From contig CAZASK010000002.1 in NCBI GenBank assembly GCA_964487845.1, positions 47,137 through 111,136 of the forward strand: a stretch of DNA of 64,000 nucleotides, in the 5' to 3' direction. The position numbers were made by a program, and so were the translations under genes. Positions 35,343 through 45,312 of the stretch are shown one piece after another; positions within the stretch are counted from its first letter, which is position 1, and each line of letters begins with the position of its first letter. This stretch comes from an uncultured bacterium. GTDB lineage: Bacteria; Chlamydiota; Chlamydiia; Chlamydiales; FEN-1388. The notes below the pieces were generated by a model. The model saw nothing but the letters and a program-made list of their open reading frames with translations, was not told the origin of the DNA and searched no databases.

Positions 35343-36575
35343 CTATTTAGAGGGAGCCTGACTAGCTTCATGGAGGGTAGAATTTTTGAGTAAATCATCG
35401 ATCGATGTGCAATCACAAATTTTTTCGTAAAATTGCGTTCTCACCTTTGTGTTCGGTATCCAGATAGAAGAGGTACATTTTGATTTCCAATTCTTTTGTA
35501 CCCATTTAAAAAAATATTCCTGTAAGTCTTTATTTTTTGATTGCTTCAAAGCTAATACTATAATTTTCAAATCAGGCGATGTCATCTTAGTTATGCAGTC
35601 TCTAATAGCAATAGAAAAGTTCTTTTCATTCATAGCTTCCCGTGAAAGTGTTGATAAAAGTTCTTTTGATAATCCCGGTACATTACGCAAGAATGATTCC
35701 AATTCCAATTCATGCTTAGGCCAGAGAAATTTTACTTTCTCACACAGCATTTTTTCCAAATGTTTCGTGTCAGAGGTTGTCAGGTTAAGATCATATATTA
35801 TTTTGTACATCGCTCTTTTTTCTTTAACGAGTAGTGTCCATATTTCAGGATGGGTTTTGGATGCACATTCATTTAAAATAATTTGTTTAAGCTCTTTTTT
35901 CACTTGAGAAAGCATTGGTTGAATTGTTGTGTTTTGTAATGTTTGGTCTATATGCTGAATGAGTATTTTCTTAAAATTCTCATCTGATTCATCATAAGGA
36001 GTTATTGCAGCTATTTTTTCTCTGAATTCCTGTATCTTCGCAATTTCAGAATTATCTTTATTTCTGTTTAATATTGACTCAACTTGTTTGAGATCAATCT
36101 GCTGCTTCAAAAATGTAGCTATTTTTTCATTGAGTGCTTTTCTGTAGCTAGTTGTGTTGAAAAATTTTCTTATTCTAGCAAACCGAATTTCGGAGTGAGC
36201 TTTTTTTTGCGCTGCCTTTTCGAGAAAATTATTATACGATATAACGAAGTTTTTAATTTTATTACTTAAAGCACCATCTTTTAAATCGGCTGGCTTCAGG
36301 TTCCCTATTAATTCTGTGAATGAGCTTTTTAAGGTAGTTATGTTTTTCGAGAACGTATACATTTTTTTCTCGCGCAGCAACTTCATACGAGCGGGTAGAT
36401 TTTTACGGACAGCCATCTTGTCAGCAAATGAAAATGTGCCATCTTCTTCTTTCTTTAAAAGAATACTCTCTGAGAGAGGGGTCATTTTCTTTACCGACCG
36501 AGCTGACTTTGCAACATCATTTGTAACATCTGTCCATGAGTCCAGAAGTCTATTGAGTTTGTCTACCGGCTCCAT
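35343..36575 (-). CDS. Hypothetical Lys-rich, predicted all-helical protein
   Basis: 410-aa ORF. No motif recognised. It is visibly AT-rich relative to its neighbours. No signal peptide or TM segment. Confidence 0.6.
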   Translation of the reverse strand: MEPVDKLNRLLDSWTDVTNDVAKSARSVKKMTPLSESILLKKEEDGTFSFADKMAVRKNLPARMKLLREKKMYTFSKNITTLKSSFTELIGNLKPADLKDGALSNKIKNFVISYNNFLEKAAQKKAHSEIRFARIRKFFNTTSYRKALNEKIATFLKQQIDLKQVESILNRNKDNSEIAKIQEFREKIAAITPYDESDENFKKILIQHIDQTLQNTTIQPMLSQVKKELKQIILNECASKTHPEIWTLLVKEKRAMYKIIYDLNLTTSDTKHLEKMLCEKVKFLWPKHELELESFLRNVPGLSKELLSTLSREAMNEKNFSIAIRDCITKMTSPDLKIIVLALKQSKNKDLQEYFFKWVQKNWKSKCTSSIWIPNTKVRTQFYEKICDCTSIDDLLKNSTLHEASQAPSK

Positions 36576-36599
36576 TCATGTCTCCTAAAAAATAGCATG

Positions 36600-37022
36600 C
36601 TATTCATCCGATGACTTATCATCAAAGGGTCCTGATATCATATTGCCGAACAAGGGGCGCACAAATGCTCCAAAGGCAACTCCGATACAAAGCCCTGGTG
36701 AAGCAATCAGAAGTGCAATACCAGCTGCTACAATAACAAAGCCTCTAAAAATGCCTTCTTCTGCAAGATACTCCTTGAAAGCTGTGCATTTTTCCTTGGC
36801 CTCACGAGAAAAGTAGATGCCGAGGATGCATCCTACTACGATTCCTCCCATAAATCGATCAAAAATAGAGTAGATGAGGCCTACGAAGAGCATAAGATAG
36901 GCAATAGCATCCCACTTATTGTTTTGGATAAAGGCCATTAAATTGTTCATAGATGGGTCTTTTTTTGGTTCAGGTGATGACATAGGTAGCTCTCCTTTTG
37001 CTATAACCCAAATTAGCTTCAT
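36600..37022 (-). CDS. Small hypothetical membrane protein
   Basis: 140-aa ORF; the likely start is the internal Met of MSSPEPKK at 36983. There are 3-4 hydrophobic segments, including AIAYLMLFVGLIYSIF, GGIVVGCILGIYF and FVIVAAGIALLIASPGLCIGVAFGAFV. Confidence 0.6.
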   Translation of the reverse strand: MKLIWVIAKGELPMSSPEPKKDPSMNNLMAFIQNNKWDAIAYLMLFVGLIYSIFDRFMGGIVVGCILGIYFSREAKEKCTAFKEYLAEEGIFRGFVIVAAGIALLIASPGLCIGVAFGAFVRPLFGNMISGPFDDKSSDE

Positions 37023-37084
37023 CTCAAAGCCCTTATTTGGGTGTGGTCATATTTACTTTATTCTGATACATTTTTTTTTCAGAT

Positions 37085-38563
37085 TTGTCAAAGTATAACT
37101 ATTTTTTTTATATGGAAGTGGGACCTTCGCTCTTGCGAAACATCAATATACTCTTATTCATCCTGACGATAGGAGCAGCTGGCGCAACCTTTTTGCCGGA
37201 TGCTACCACAACAGATGAGACTCCTTCTGGAGTCATCCAAGAGCCACAGTCTTTGCTTCCATCCGGTAGCCTTAGGCGCTCACAAGATCAATATGATGCT
37301 ATTACAGGGCCGTTTTTGGCATTGGCAACGGGTAAAAGCGAGGGAAAACTCGCAGATTTGCGCTCTTGCTTGCTATTTTTTGGTAAAAATTTGCGACCCG
37401 ACAATATGAAAGAGCGGCTTGCTGTATTAATGAGTATCCGAGGTGAGGGTACTCCTGTCGTTGTTTTCCCTGAGGAAAAGATTTATCTCGAGTTTCAGCG
37501 TAAAAATGGGGCCGTAAAGTGGTCTTTTAGTGCAAATAACCAGCCAACAAATGCCTGGTTTACAGCAACTGTACAAAATGAACGTGTTGAGTCTCAAAGA
37601 GGCGGCGCTGAAAGTAGCCAAGATGTCTTGCATGTGCATTTTTGTATGAGAAATAAAGATGGCAAAATAATTCAAGAGCCTCAGGAGAATGCGCACTTTG
37701 TTTTAAGAGAGCAGCCAATACCGCCTATTATGCCTATAGCGTCATCATGGAAGATAGGTAATGAAACCGTAGATCATGGTTATTTGATGAGGCAAAAAGT
37801 AAAATGGTGTGGGCAAGATCTGTTTTTGCAGATGTATGGCGGCGATGAATATCGGTTTACACAAAACAAGGAGCGATTGCAGTTTGACAAGGAGGCAAGT
37901 GAATATGCGTGTTTTATCTCAGAGGGTGATACACTCTCATATGAGAATGGGAAATGGGTAAATCTTCCATTGGGTATTGCCACGCAAGGAAAGCCTTTAC
38001 TTGTTGTTCGAAAAATCGAAGAGAAAAAAATAGTATTTGATTTGTGGGATGAAGAGGGAAAAAGAAGAATTAATCAAGAGGTGACAAAGACACAAGAGCC
38101 TGCTATGACTGTGCAGTCGCTCGATATCAAGCTTATGGGGGCACGCTCAAAAACGAGTTGGCTTGTCTCGATAAGGGGAAAAAGAACTCTTGTGCATGCA
38201 GATGATTGGATCATTTTTGATCAAAATAAATTTGAAATTATTGAGACGGAAGAAGAGATAGATGAGTATATTCAAGGGGCCTTAAAAGTAGAGATGGTGG
38301 TCCTAGAAGGAATGGAGAGAGATCAGCAGGGAGCCTATTTGAAAGCTCATGTTTTTTCGCCATCACATGCTCAATCGCAATCGATTCGAATTACCATGCA
38401 GCCTCCAGCGAATCAAAAAGCGCAAGAGATAACAAAAAAAATAACGCCCACAGAACAGCAAGAAAAACATTCTCCTCTCGATGCAAAAGATGAAGAAGGA
38501 AATGATGAGGACGATGAGTTTGATGAAGAAGAGGATTCGGAAGATGAATTTGAATATATGTAA
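37085..38563 (+). CDS. Hypothetical single-pass membrane protein with an acidic C-terminal tail, first gene of the T2SS cluster
   Basis: 492-aa ORF from TTG 37085, with an alternative ATG at 37112. N-terminal TM INILLFILTIGAAGATFL. The C-terminus is DAKDEEGNDEDDEFDEEEDSEDEFEYM. Its 3' end overlaps the gspD start. Confidence 0.7.
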   Translation: MSKYNYFFYMEVGPSLLRNINILLFILTIGAAGATFLPDATTTDETPSGVIQEPQSLLPSGSLRRSQDQYDAITGPFLALATGKSEGKLADLRSCLLFFGKNLRPDNMKERLAVLMSIRGEGTPVVVFPEEKIYLEFQRKNGAVKWSFSANNQPTNAWFTATVQNERVESQRGGAESSQDVLHVHFCMRNKDGKIIQEPQENAHFVLREQPIPPIMPIASSWKIGNETVDHGYLMRQKVKWCGQDLFLQMYGGDEYRFTQNKERLQFDKEASEYACFISEGDTLSYENGKWVNLPLGIATQGKPLLVVRKIEEKKIVFDLWDEEGKRRINQEVTKTQEPAMTVQSLDIKLMGARSKTSWLVSIRGKRTLVHADDWIIFDQNKFEIIETEEEIDEYIQGALKVEMVVLEGMERDQQGAYLKAHVFSPSHAQSQSIRITMQPPANQKAQEITKKITPTEQQEKHSPLDAKDEEGNDEDDEFDEEEDSEDEFEYM

Positions 38564-40964
38564 TTTCGCCATAATTCGATATGTATGCAGTCTATTTCTT
38601 TTTCTCATAGCTGTACAGCCGATACAAGCTATTTCTATTTCTGAAAAAAAAGCCAGGCTAACAGAGAGTGAAGCTCCTGAAAAAATGACAGATCTTTCTC
38701 TAGAGACGATAGCCAAAAAACTGAAAGAAAAAAGAAAAGAACTTCTTCAGTTATATGTAGAGGCGAATGATCTCTATCTTCATCGCTCGGATGACACTGA
38801 TGCAAATGTAAAACAGCATGCCACTATAATAAAAAAGGCGAAGCGAGAGCTTGATAGACTTGAAAGAGAGTGGCGAGATGTCTCGCAAGAGATGATTTCA
38901 AAAGAAGATGAAGCACTATGGCATCAACCAGACACTACAGTCGGACAACTTGTCGTCGATTATGGGAGCACTGATTGTATCTACCTCATCCCTCCAGAGA
39001 TTGCATCACTGCGTGTGCATGTTAGCTCTGAGCTTTCTATCCCACGAACATCGTGGCAAGAAATTTTAGAACTGACCCTCTCTTCATATGGTGTGGGGAT
39101 TAAGCAGCTGAGTCCTTTTTTAAAGCAGCTTTACTTTCTTCGGTTAAATCAGACGGGCCTTGCGATCATTACAGACAAAAGATCAGATATAGAATTGCTT
39201 CCTTATGATGCAAAAATTGCATTTGTCTTTACCCCGCGCCCGCATGAAATGAAGAGAACCTATCAATTTCTTGAAAGATTTATCCCTCAAGAACAGGTGA
39301 CTTTACAGATTGTAGGCGGAAACCTCATCGCAGTTGGGTTGGTAAAAGAAATATTTGAATTATTGAAGGTTTATGACTTCATCGCAGCTCCTCAACAAGC
39401 ACAAGAGTGGCGCCTAGTAGCGCTCCAGAAGGCGCACAGTGAAGAAATGATAAAAATATTGGTGGCGCTTTTTGGAGGCGATGGAGGCACAATTTCAACC
39501 GCAATGCCTTCGGGGCAAGATATGAAGATGCCATATTCACCATCACAGGAAGGTGGCACTAATTTTCGAGTTATGCCCCTCAAATATCCAGGCAATTCTC
39601 TTTTTTTGATCGGTAAGAGAGAGCAAATTGAGAAGGCAAGTGAAATTATTCAAGATATTGAAAGTAAAATAGGTCAGGTTCAAGAAAAAACCATTCAGTG
39701 GTATGCGTGTAAGCACTCTGATGCTGATGAGTTGGCGAAGGTGTTGAGTCAGGTATATATGAAGCTTACTCAGGTGATGTCGAAAGATGGCGGATCAGCA
39801 CACGCAGCAAGAGAAAAAGCAGTTGCAGATGCATCGCCAACAGTTTCAGCAGATCGGTCTCCTTCATATACACTTGATAATGCACCGCTTGTCGTATCCC
39901 CATCCCCTCTTATTGTAACAGACCATACGAAGAAAAAGCATGATGTAGTTCATGAAAACTTCATCGTAGATCAGAAAACAAATGCGATTGTTATGATTGT
40001 AGAAAGCTATTTATTGCCAAAACTAAAAGAGCTTTTGAAGAAATTAGATGTCCCTAAAAAAATGATCCAAATAGATGTTCTTTTAGTGGAAAAAAGTATC
40101 ACAGACTCTGATCAATTTGGTTTAAATTTACTTAAATTAGCAGATGCAGTGACTCAGCCTCATCATACAACGCGTCTGTTGTGGAATGACATCACAGGAG
40201 ATACGGTGGCGAATAGAGGGATATTGCAATTTTCTATGGCAAGAGGAAAACAAAAAGGATTTCCGAAGTATGATCTCTCCTATAAATTTTTACTTTCGCA
40301 GTCAGGGATTCACATCAATGCCAATCCATCTGTAACCACTGTCAACCAGACTCCAGCAAAAATTGCGCTTGTTGATGAAATTTCTATTAATACGGGAGTG
40401 GTTGAAGTGGACACCACGAATACCACAAGACTCAAAGATTCGTTTCCAAGAGCTCAGTATGGAATTATCATCCAGGTGACTCCTACAGTGCATGCAAAAT
40501 CGGAAAATGATGACGCGGAAGATGAAGTAAAATTTATCACGCTGGAAACAGATGTGAATTTCGATACGATAAAGCCAAGTGCAGATAGCAGGCCGGTAGT
40601 AGCGAGAAGGAATATTAAAAATGAAATTCGAATAGCTGACGGCGAGACTGTAATTATTGGCGGTCTCAGACGTAAACAGTCTCAAAATGACAGAGATAGC
40701 GTTCCATTTTTGGGGGAAATTCCAGGGCTAGGCAAGCTTTTCAGCACAACGGCATTATCTGAAGGAACAACAGAGATGTTTATTTTTATAACACCGAGGA
40801 TAGTGCCTGATCCGAAAGAAGAGTTTCATGCACTTCGCTTGAAGGATTTGAAGAAGAGGCCCGGAGACATTCCTGAATTTCTTCAAGAGGTAGAGTCAGC
40901 AAAAGATGATGAGAGAAATCAGCTTTTTTACAAGTCGATGAAGCTTTTGACGTCGGGAGTATAA
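38544..40964 (+). CDS. gspD: Type II secretion system secretin GspD
   Basis: The ORF track gives 38481-40964. The signal-peptide-like start MNLNICNFAIIRYVCSLFLFLIAVQPIQA is at ATG 38544. Secretin C-domain ETVIIGGLRRKQSQNDRDSVPFLGEIPGLGKLFS. Confidence 0.9.
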   Translation: MNLNICNFAIIRYVCSLFLFLIAVQPIQAISISEKKARLTESEAPEKMTDLSLETIAKKLKEKRKELLQLYVEANDLYLHRSDDTDANVKQHATIIKKAKRELDRLEREWRDVSQEMISKEDEALWHQPDTTVGQLVVDYGSTDCIYLIPPEIASLRVHVSSELSIPRTSWQEILELTLSSYGVGIKQLSPFLKQLYFLRLNQTGLAIITDKRSDIELLPYDAKIAFVFTPRPHEMKRTYQFLERFIPQEQVTLQIVGGNLIAVGLVKEIFELLKVYDFIAAPQQAQEWRLVALQKAHSEEMIKILVALFGGDGGTISTAMPSGQDMKMPYSPSQEGGTNFRVMPLKYPGNSLFLIGKREQIEKASEIIQDIESKIGQVQEKTIQWYACKHSDADELAKVLSQVYMKLTQVMSKDGGSAHAAREKAVADASPTVSADRSPSYTLDNAPLVVSPSPLIVTDHTKKKHDVVHENFIVDQKTNAIVMIVESYLLPKLKELLKKLDVPKKMIQIDVLLVEKSITDSDQFGLNLLKLADAVTQPHHTTRLLWNDITGDTVANRGILQFSMARGKQKGFPKYDLSYKFLLSQSGIHINANPSVTTVNQTPAKIALVDEISINTGVVEVDTTNTTRLKDSFPRAQYGIIIQVTPTVHAKSENDDAEDEVKFITLETDVNFDTIKPSADSRPVVARRNIKNEIRIADGETVIIGGLRRKQSQNDRDSVPFLGEIPGLGKLFSTTALSEGTTEMFIFITPRIVPDPKEEFHALRLKDLKKRPGDIPEFLQEVESAKDDERNQLFYKSMKLLTSGV

Positions 40965-42670
40965 TGAAAAAAGTACCCACCTCATCTTCTAAACACTCTT
41001 TTTTTGAAATGATACAGTCGTTTTTTAAAAAGAGCTTTCGATTGAAAGCGAAGTCTGTAGCTGTGAAGGCTCCTTCATCATCTCCACCAGTTTCAGAAAA
41101 TGATATGAAGTTGATGGCAAGCAAGCTGCATATTCGATCGTTCGATACCTTAGCCTCTTTTCAAATAGATCGAAGTTTGTCTAAGAAGCTTCCATACGCA
41201 TTTGTAAAAAAACATGTAGTCCTCCCCGTGGCTCAGGAGGCAAATCATGTCGTTGTTGCCATGAGCGATTTGTATAACTACGACGCCATTGAAGAACTTC
41301 GTTTTCGATTTAAAAGTCCTATAGAAATCATCTATGTCCCTCGCCAGACAATCATTGCAGCGATTCATGACTACTATCATCAGGATGAAGAAGCTGCAGA
41401 AGAGCTGATGGCTCATATGAAAAAGGAAAATGAAGATGAATTTTCAGCAGGTGGCGAGATCTATGATTTGCTCGATGACTCTGCAGACTTGCCTCCAGCG
41501 GTTCGGTTGATTAATTTTTCAATTCTCGAAGCGATACAACAGGGCTCTTCAGATATTCACTTTGAGCCTCAGGAGAGCGCCTTGGTTATCCGTTACCGCA
41601 TTGATGGAGTTTTACAAAATAGATTGACTCCAGCACCGGAAATTCAATCTCAGCTTCTCACTCGCCTGAAGGTGATGGCAAAAATGGATATCGCTGAAAA
41701 GCGCTTGCCTCAAGACGGAAGAATTAAGATGCGCGTTGGGGGTAAGGAAATCGATTTTCGTGTGAGCACCTTGCCGACTGTAACTGGTGAGCGCATTGTA
41801 CTGCGTATTCTCGATAAGGGAAATATTGTACTCGGGCTCGATAAGATAGGGATGCCAGATGCGACTTTGCAGATTTTCAGAAAAGAAATTCAAATCCCAG
41901 AAGGGATTATTTTGGTAACAGGCCCTACTGGAAGCGGGAAAACGACGACATTATATAGCGCTCTCTCGGAGCTCAAAAATGAGCACACCAACATTATGAC
42001 TATTGAAGATCCGGTAGAATATCGTTTAAAGGGCATTGCACAAATTGGAGTACATCCAAAAATAGGTCTTTCATTTGCAGCAGGCTTGCGCCATATTCTG
42101 CGGCAAGACCCAGATATTATAATGATTGGTGAAATACGCGACAAAGAAACAGCAGAAATTGCAATCCAGGCATCACTTACAGGGCACTTAGTATTAAGTA
42201 CTCTTCATACGAACGATGCTCCATCTGCCGTAGTACGACTTGTAGATATGGGTATAGAGCCATATTTAATTTCATCATGCATGATTGGGGTGATGGCTCA
42301 GCGTCTTGTAAGACAGATTTGTCCAGATTGTAAAGAATCATACACTCCAACAGTTGCTGAGCTAGAAAATATCAAATTGCAACTCAAGGATATACCAAGA
42401 GGACATCTTTATAGAGGAAAAGGATGCGCGCGTTGCCTACACTCTGGGTATTTGGGAAGGCACGGCGTCTATGAGCATATGGCGGTTACGAGTGGGGTTA
42501 AAAAGCAGATCTTAAAAAGTCCAGAAGCTACAGAAATTAAGCGAGTGGCTCAAGAGCAAGGGATGATGACACTCCGTGATCATGGTAAGCAGCTTGTGCT
42601 GCAAGGTATTACTACAATTGAAGAAGTATGGCGCGTGACGCGTGCTGAAGAAGAAATGGAGATGAGGTAA
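40964..42670 (+). CDS. gspE: Type II secretion ATPase GspE
   Basis: 568 aa. Walker A GPTGSGKTTT, Asp box, Walker B DPDIIMIGEIRD, His box LVLSTLHTNDA, and the tetracysteine CPDC...CARC. TAATG overlap with gspD. Confidence 0.95.
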   Translation: MKKVPTSSSKHSFFEMIQSFFKKSFRLKAKSVAVKAPSSSPPVSENDMKLMASKLHIRSFDTLASFQIDRSLSKKLPYAFVKKHVVLPVAQEANHVVVAMSDLYNYDAIEELRFRFKSPIEIIYVPRQTIIAAIHDYYHQDEEAAEELMAHMKKENEDEFSAGGEIYDLLDDSADLPPAVRLINFSILEAIQQGSSDIHFEPQESALVIRYRIDGVLQNRLTPAPEIQSQLLTRLKVMAKMDIAEKRLPQDGRIKMRVGGKEIDFRVSTLPTVTGERIVLRILDKGNIVLGLDKIGMPDATLQIFRKEIQIPEGIILVTGPTGSGKTTTLYSALSELKNEHTNIMTIEDPVEYRLKGIAQIGVHPKIGLSFAAGLRHILRQDPDIIMIGEIRDKETAEIAIQASLTGHLVLSTLHTNDAPSAVVRLVDMGIEPYLISSCMIGVMAQRLVRQICPDCKESYTPTVAELENIKLQLKDIPRGHLYRGKGCARCLHSGYLGRHGVYEHMAVTSGVKKQILKSPEATEIKRVAQEQGMMTLRDHGKQLVLQGITTIEEVWRVTRAEEEMEMR

Positions 42671-42676
42671 TTCATT

Positions 42677-43864
42677 ATGGCTCTCTTTCGCTACTCCGCA
42701 TATGCCAAAGATGGAAAGAAGGTCAAAGGATCGATAGAAGCATCTCACATAGGTGAGGCAAAAGAAAAAATCAGAGAGCTGCAGCTCTTGCTTACTTCTC
42801 TCAAGCAAGATAGTAAGGTCTCTTCAGAAAGTCAGCTTTCAAAAGACAGCTTAGTCGTATTCACTGCCCAGCTCAGTCAGCTCATATCAGCGCAAATCCC
42901 TGTTTTTGAGTGTTTGCTAGCACTCGAAGAACAATCGAGGACAGAGCCGTTTCATCCCATTATTTTAGGGCTTGCTGAGAGGATTAAAACGGGACATTCA
43001 TTATCGAGGGCTATGCAAGATTTTCCCGACTGTTTTTCTCCTCTCTATAGATCCATGATTGCAGCTGGCGAAGCGGTTGGAAACTTAGAACTTACTCTTG
43101 CTCGCCTCACGCAGCTTTTAGGACATCAACAAAAGGTAAGAAAGCAGCTTTTATCATCACTTACCTACCCCTTTTTTTTGGCGGCACTTTTATGTGTTGC
43201 TGTCATCATTTTAGTCGCCTTTGTGATTCCATCACTCGCGGTGCTATTTGAGGATAGAGAAGTGCCTGCGTTTACTCGTTTTGTGCTTGACACGAGCGCC
43301 TTTCTACGTAGTTGGGGGCCGCTTCTTTTGCTTTTTGTAGCTTCTGGTGTCGTATGGGTGTTTTTTCAGTTTCGATCGCGTGAAAAGAAAGGACAGCTGC
43401 AGCGGCTGCTTTTAAAATTACCCTTTTTTTCCTCGTTTGTCGTTCGTACAGCACTTTCCCGATTTGGTAGAACTCTTTGTACCTTGCTTGAGGGAGGCTT
43501 GCCACTTACTTCTGCAATGAAGTTATCAGAAGAGGCGATACAATGCGTTCCAGTGGAAGAAATTGTTGCTGCTATCAGAGAAAAGTTGATTGAAGGCAGA
43601 TCTTTTAGCTCAGAGCTTGCTCGCTATCCAGAAATTCCTCCTTTATTTTGTAGAATGGTAAAGATTGGAGAAGACTCCGGGAAACTCTCTCCTCTTCTCG
43701 GACAGGTGGCGACCATGTATGAGGAAGAAAGCGAGCGAGCGGTGCAAAAGTTGGTTACGCTTACACAGCCTGTGCTGCTGCTCATCATGGGTGTTTTTAT
43801 AGGCGGCGTTTTGCTGTCTATTCTTCTTCCACTCAGTGATTTTGGCTCAACATTGCAAATGTAA
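42677..43864 (+). CDS. gspF: Type II secretion inner-membrane platform protein GspF
   Basis: 395 aa. Duplicated GspF cytoplasmic domains (FTAQLSQLISAQIPV..; FGRTLCTLLEGGLPL..) and 3 TM segments. Confidence 0.9.
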   Translation: MALFRYSAYAKDGKKVKGSIEASHIGEAKEKIRELQLLLTSLKQDSKVSSESQLSKDSLVVFTAQLSQLISAQIPVFECLLALEEQSRTEPFHPIILGLAERIKTGHSLSRAMQDFPDCFSPLYRSMIAAGEAVGNLELTLARLTQLLGHQQKVRKQLLSSLTYPFFLAALLCVAVIILVAFVIPSLAVLFEDREVPAFTRFVLDTSAFLRSWGPLLLLFVASGVVWVFFQFRSREKKGQLQRLLLKLPFFSSFVVRTALSRFGRTLCTLLEGGLPLTSAMKLSEEAIQCVPVEEIVAAIREKLIEGRSFSSELARYPEIPPLFCRMVKIGEDSGKLSPLLGQVATMYEEESERAVQKLVTLTQPVLLLIMGVFIGGVLLSILLPLSDFGSTLQM

Positions 43865-44014
43865 CGGGTAGATGTAATAAGTAGCTCCAAATGATGCTGT
43901 TGCGTATACTGCGCCAGTAGAAGCTTCCCAAAAATCATTGAGAAAATGTGGTTTCGGTGCAAGTCTATAACAGACTCATCTTGTAGAATGAAGATGAGCA
44001 ACAGAGGTGGAGTT

Positions 44015-44401
44015 ATGAAAAAAAGAGCGGCAATTACCCTTATTGAGATGATCGTGGTGATGCTTCTTATTGCTACAATAACAGGAGCTATCGCTTATAA
44101 CTATAGAGAGAGTTTGAACCAGGGAAAAGTATTTAAGGCAAAAGAAGCTATTACACGCATTGAGACTATTTTGAATTTAGAGCTTGCAGAACATCCTGGT
44201 GAGTCCGCAGAAATTCAACAACATTGGCAACAGTATTTGGCTAAGTCTCCTCTTGTGAAAAATCCAAAAGACTTTTTCTATGATCCTTGGGGAGGAGCTT
44301 ATACTATCACACTGAAGCACTCTGAAGATAATGGACAGTTCTATTTTATGGTAGAGTCTGAAAATCTGAAACGTTATGAACACAATAAGAAGACGAAATA
44401 G
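44015..44401 (+). CDS. gspG: Major pseudopilin GspG-like
   Basis: The ORF track gives 43946-44401. The prepilin-type N-terminus MKKRAAITLIEMIVVMLLIATITG starts at ATG 44015. The GspG-type motif DPWGGAY is present. Confidence 0.8.
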   Translation: MKKRAAITLIEMIVVMLLIATITGAIAYNYRESLNQGKVFKAKEAITRIETILNLELAEHPGESAEIQQHWQQYLAKSPLVKNPKDFFYDPWGGAYTITLKHSEDNGQFYFMVESENLKRYEHNKKTK

Positions 44402-44930
44402 GGCGTCCTTTTCACTGATTGAATTGCTTGTTGTCTTCTCTCTTGTAGCAATAGTAACAGGGGTGATTGGCACACATATCTATGAGGGGGGTCATAGAAG
44501 ACGCTTTCAGATAGATGTAAAAACTCTGCAGTCACAGCTTACGCTTGCAAAAGAGCTTGCGTGCATTACTAAAAACGAAGTGCGTGTGGTGATCGAGCAG
44601 AAAAGCGGACGAGAGGGTGGCTGGTTTTTTTATTTAGAAGGCGATGGACTCACCGAGAAGCTCAAAAGAAAATTCGCACTTTCTAGGAAGTTAGCTTCTA
44701 TCAAGGGAGTGACCGTAGAAGGGATGGATATGAGGGATGATCATGTGATTAAGCTTCCTTTTTTTACAAGCGGTCCACAGCATAAAAAAATTCGTTTGCA
44801 TATAGCAGGCTACTATGACTCAAGGGCAATTGAGCTTGATGATTATAGCACTCCGCGAGAAGGTTCTGATGATGAAAGCAAGGCGCTCTACCCGGAGTAT
44901 TATGAGAAGGAAACCATTTTTTCTCGTTGA
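44376..44930 (+). CDS. Minor pseudopilin-like protein
   Basis: 184 aa with the prepilin-type N-terminus RRRNRASFSLIELLVVFSLVAIVTGV. It overlaps gspG by 26 nt. Confidence 0.7.
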   Translation: MNTIRRRNRASFSLIELLVVFSLVAIVTGVIGTHIYEGGHRRRFQIDVKTLQSQLTLAKELACITKNEVRVVIEQKSGREGGWFFYLEGDGLTEKLKRKFALSRKLASIKGVTVEGMDMRDDHVIKLPFFTSGPQHKKIRLHIAGYYDSRAIELDDYSTPREGSDDESKALYPEYYEKETIFSR

Positions 44931-45312
44931 GGCTCTTATTGCAATAGCCCTTGTGCTGTCGGTGGCAGTATCTCTTTTTTCTCTTGAGAAAAATATGATG
45001 AGAGAAATTAGAAAAGCCTCCATGCAGCTACAAGCTATCACTGCGCATAATCGAGCGCTTTCGCTTTTAGTAGAAAAGCTGTCGAAACAGGCGATCTCAT
45101 TTCAGACGATGGAGCAATCAGGTGTGTATGAAGAAGATCTTTCTTATCTTGATTGGCGAGCGATATACACCTTTTCAATAGGGAAAAAGGCACCTAAAAC
45201 AGCGCCTTGTGTCTTTAACGTCGACATTACAATTGCAGTTGTTCATGAACAAGAAGAGATCAAATATGAGAAAGAGGCCTATTCTTTTTGTATTACTAAA
45301 AAATCGATATAG
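44902..45312 (+). CDS. Minor pseudopilin-like protein
   Basis: The ORF track gives 44815-45312. The internal ATG at 44902 gives MRRKPFFLVEALIAIALVLSVAVSLFS, a prepilin-like hydrophobic N-terminus with a conserved Glu. Confidence 0.6.
   Translation: MRRKPFFLVEALIAIALVLSVAVSLFSLEKNMMREIRKASMQLQAITAHNRALSLLVEKLSKQAISFQTMEQSGVYEEDLSYLDWRAIYTFSIGKKAPKTAPCVFNVDITIAVVHEQEEIKYEKEAYSFCITKKSI

Noticed and set aside
35290-35345. CAGTTTCGCTATTTAGAGGG, which loosely resembles the terminal repeat AGTTTCGAAAGAGG of the palindromic family.
   Set aside because: The match is interrupted and there is no partner arm or internal homology. It is probably chance.
38363-38716. A 117-aa minus-strand ORF across the junction of the acidic-tail gene and gspD.
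   Set aside because: It is the antisense reading of the GA-rich acidic-tail codons (giving poly-Phe/Ile/Leu). Both sense genes are better supported.
43975-43998. An 8-bp hairpin CTCATCTT-N8-AAGATGAG about 17 nt upstream of the gspG start.
   Set aside because: It is short and AT-rich with no T-run, and it lies within the alternative upstream ORF extension. This is too weak to call a regulatory structure, although it could modulate gspG translation.
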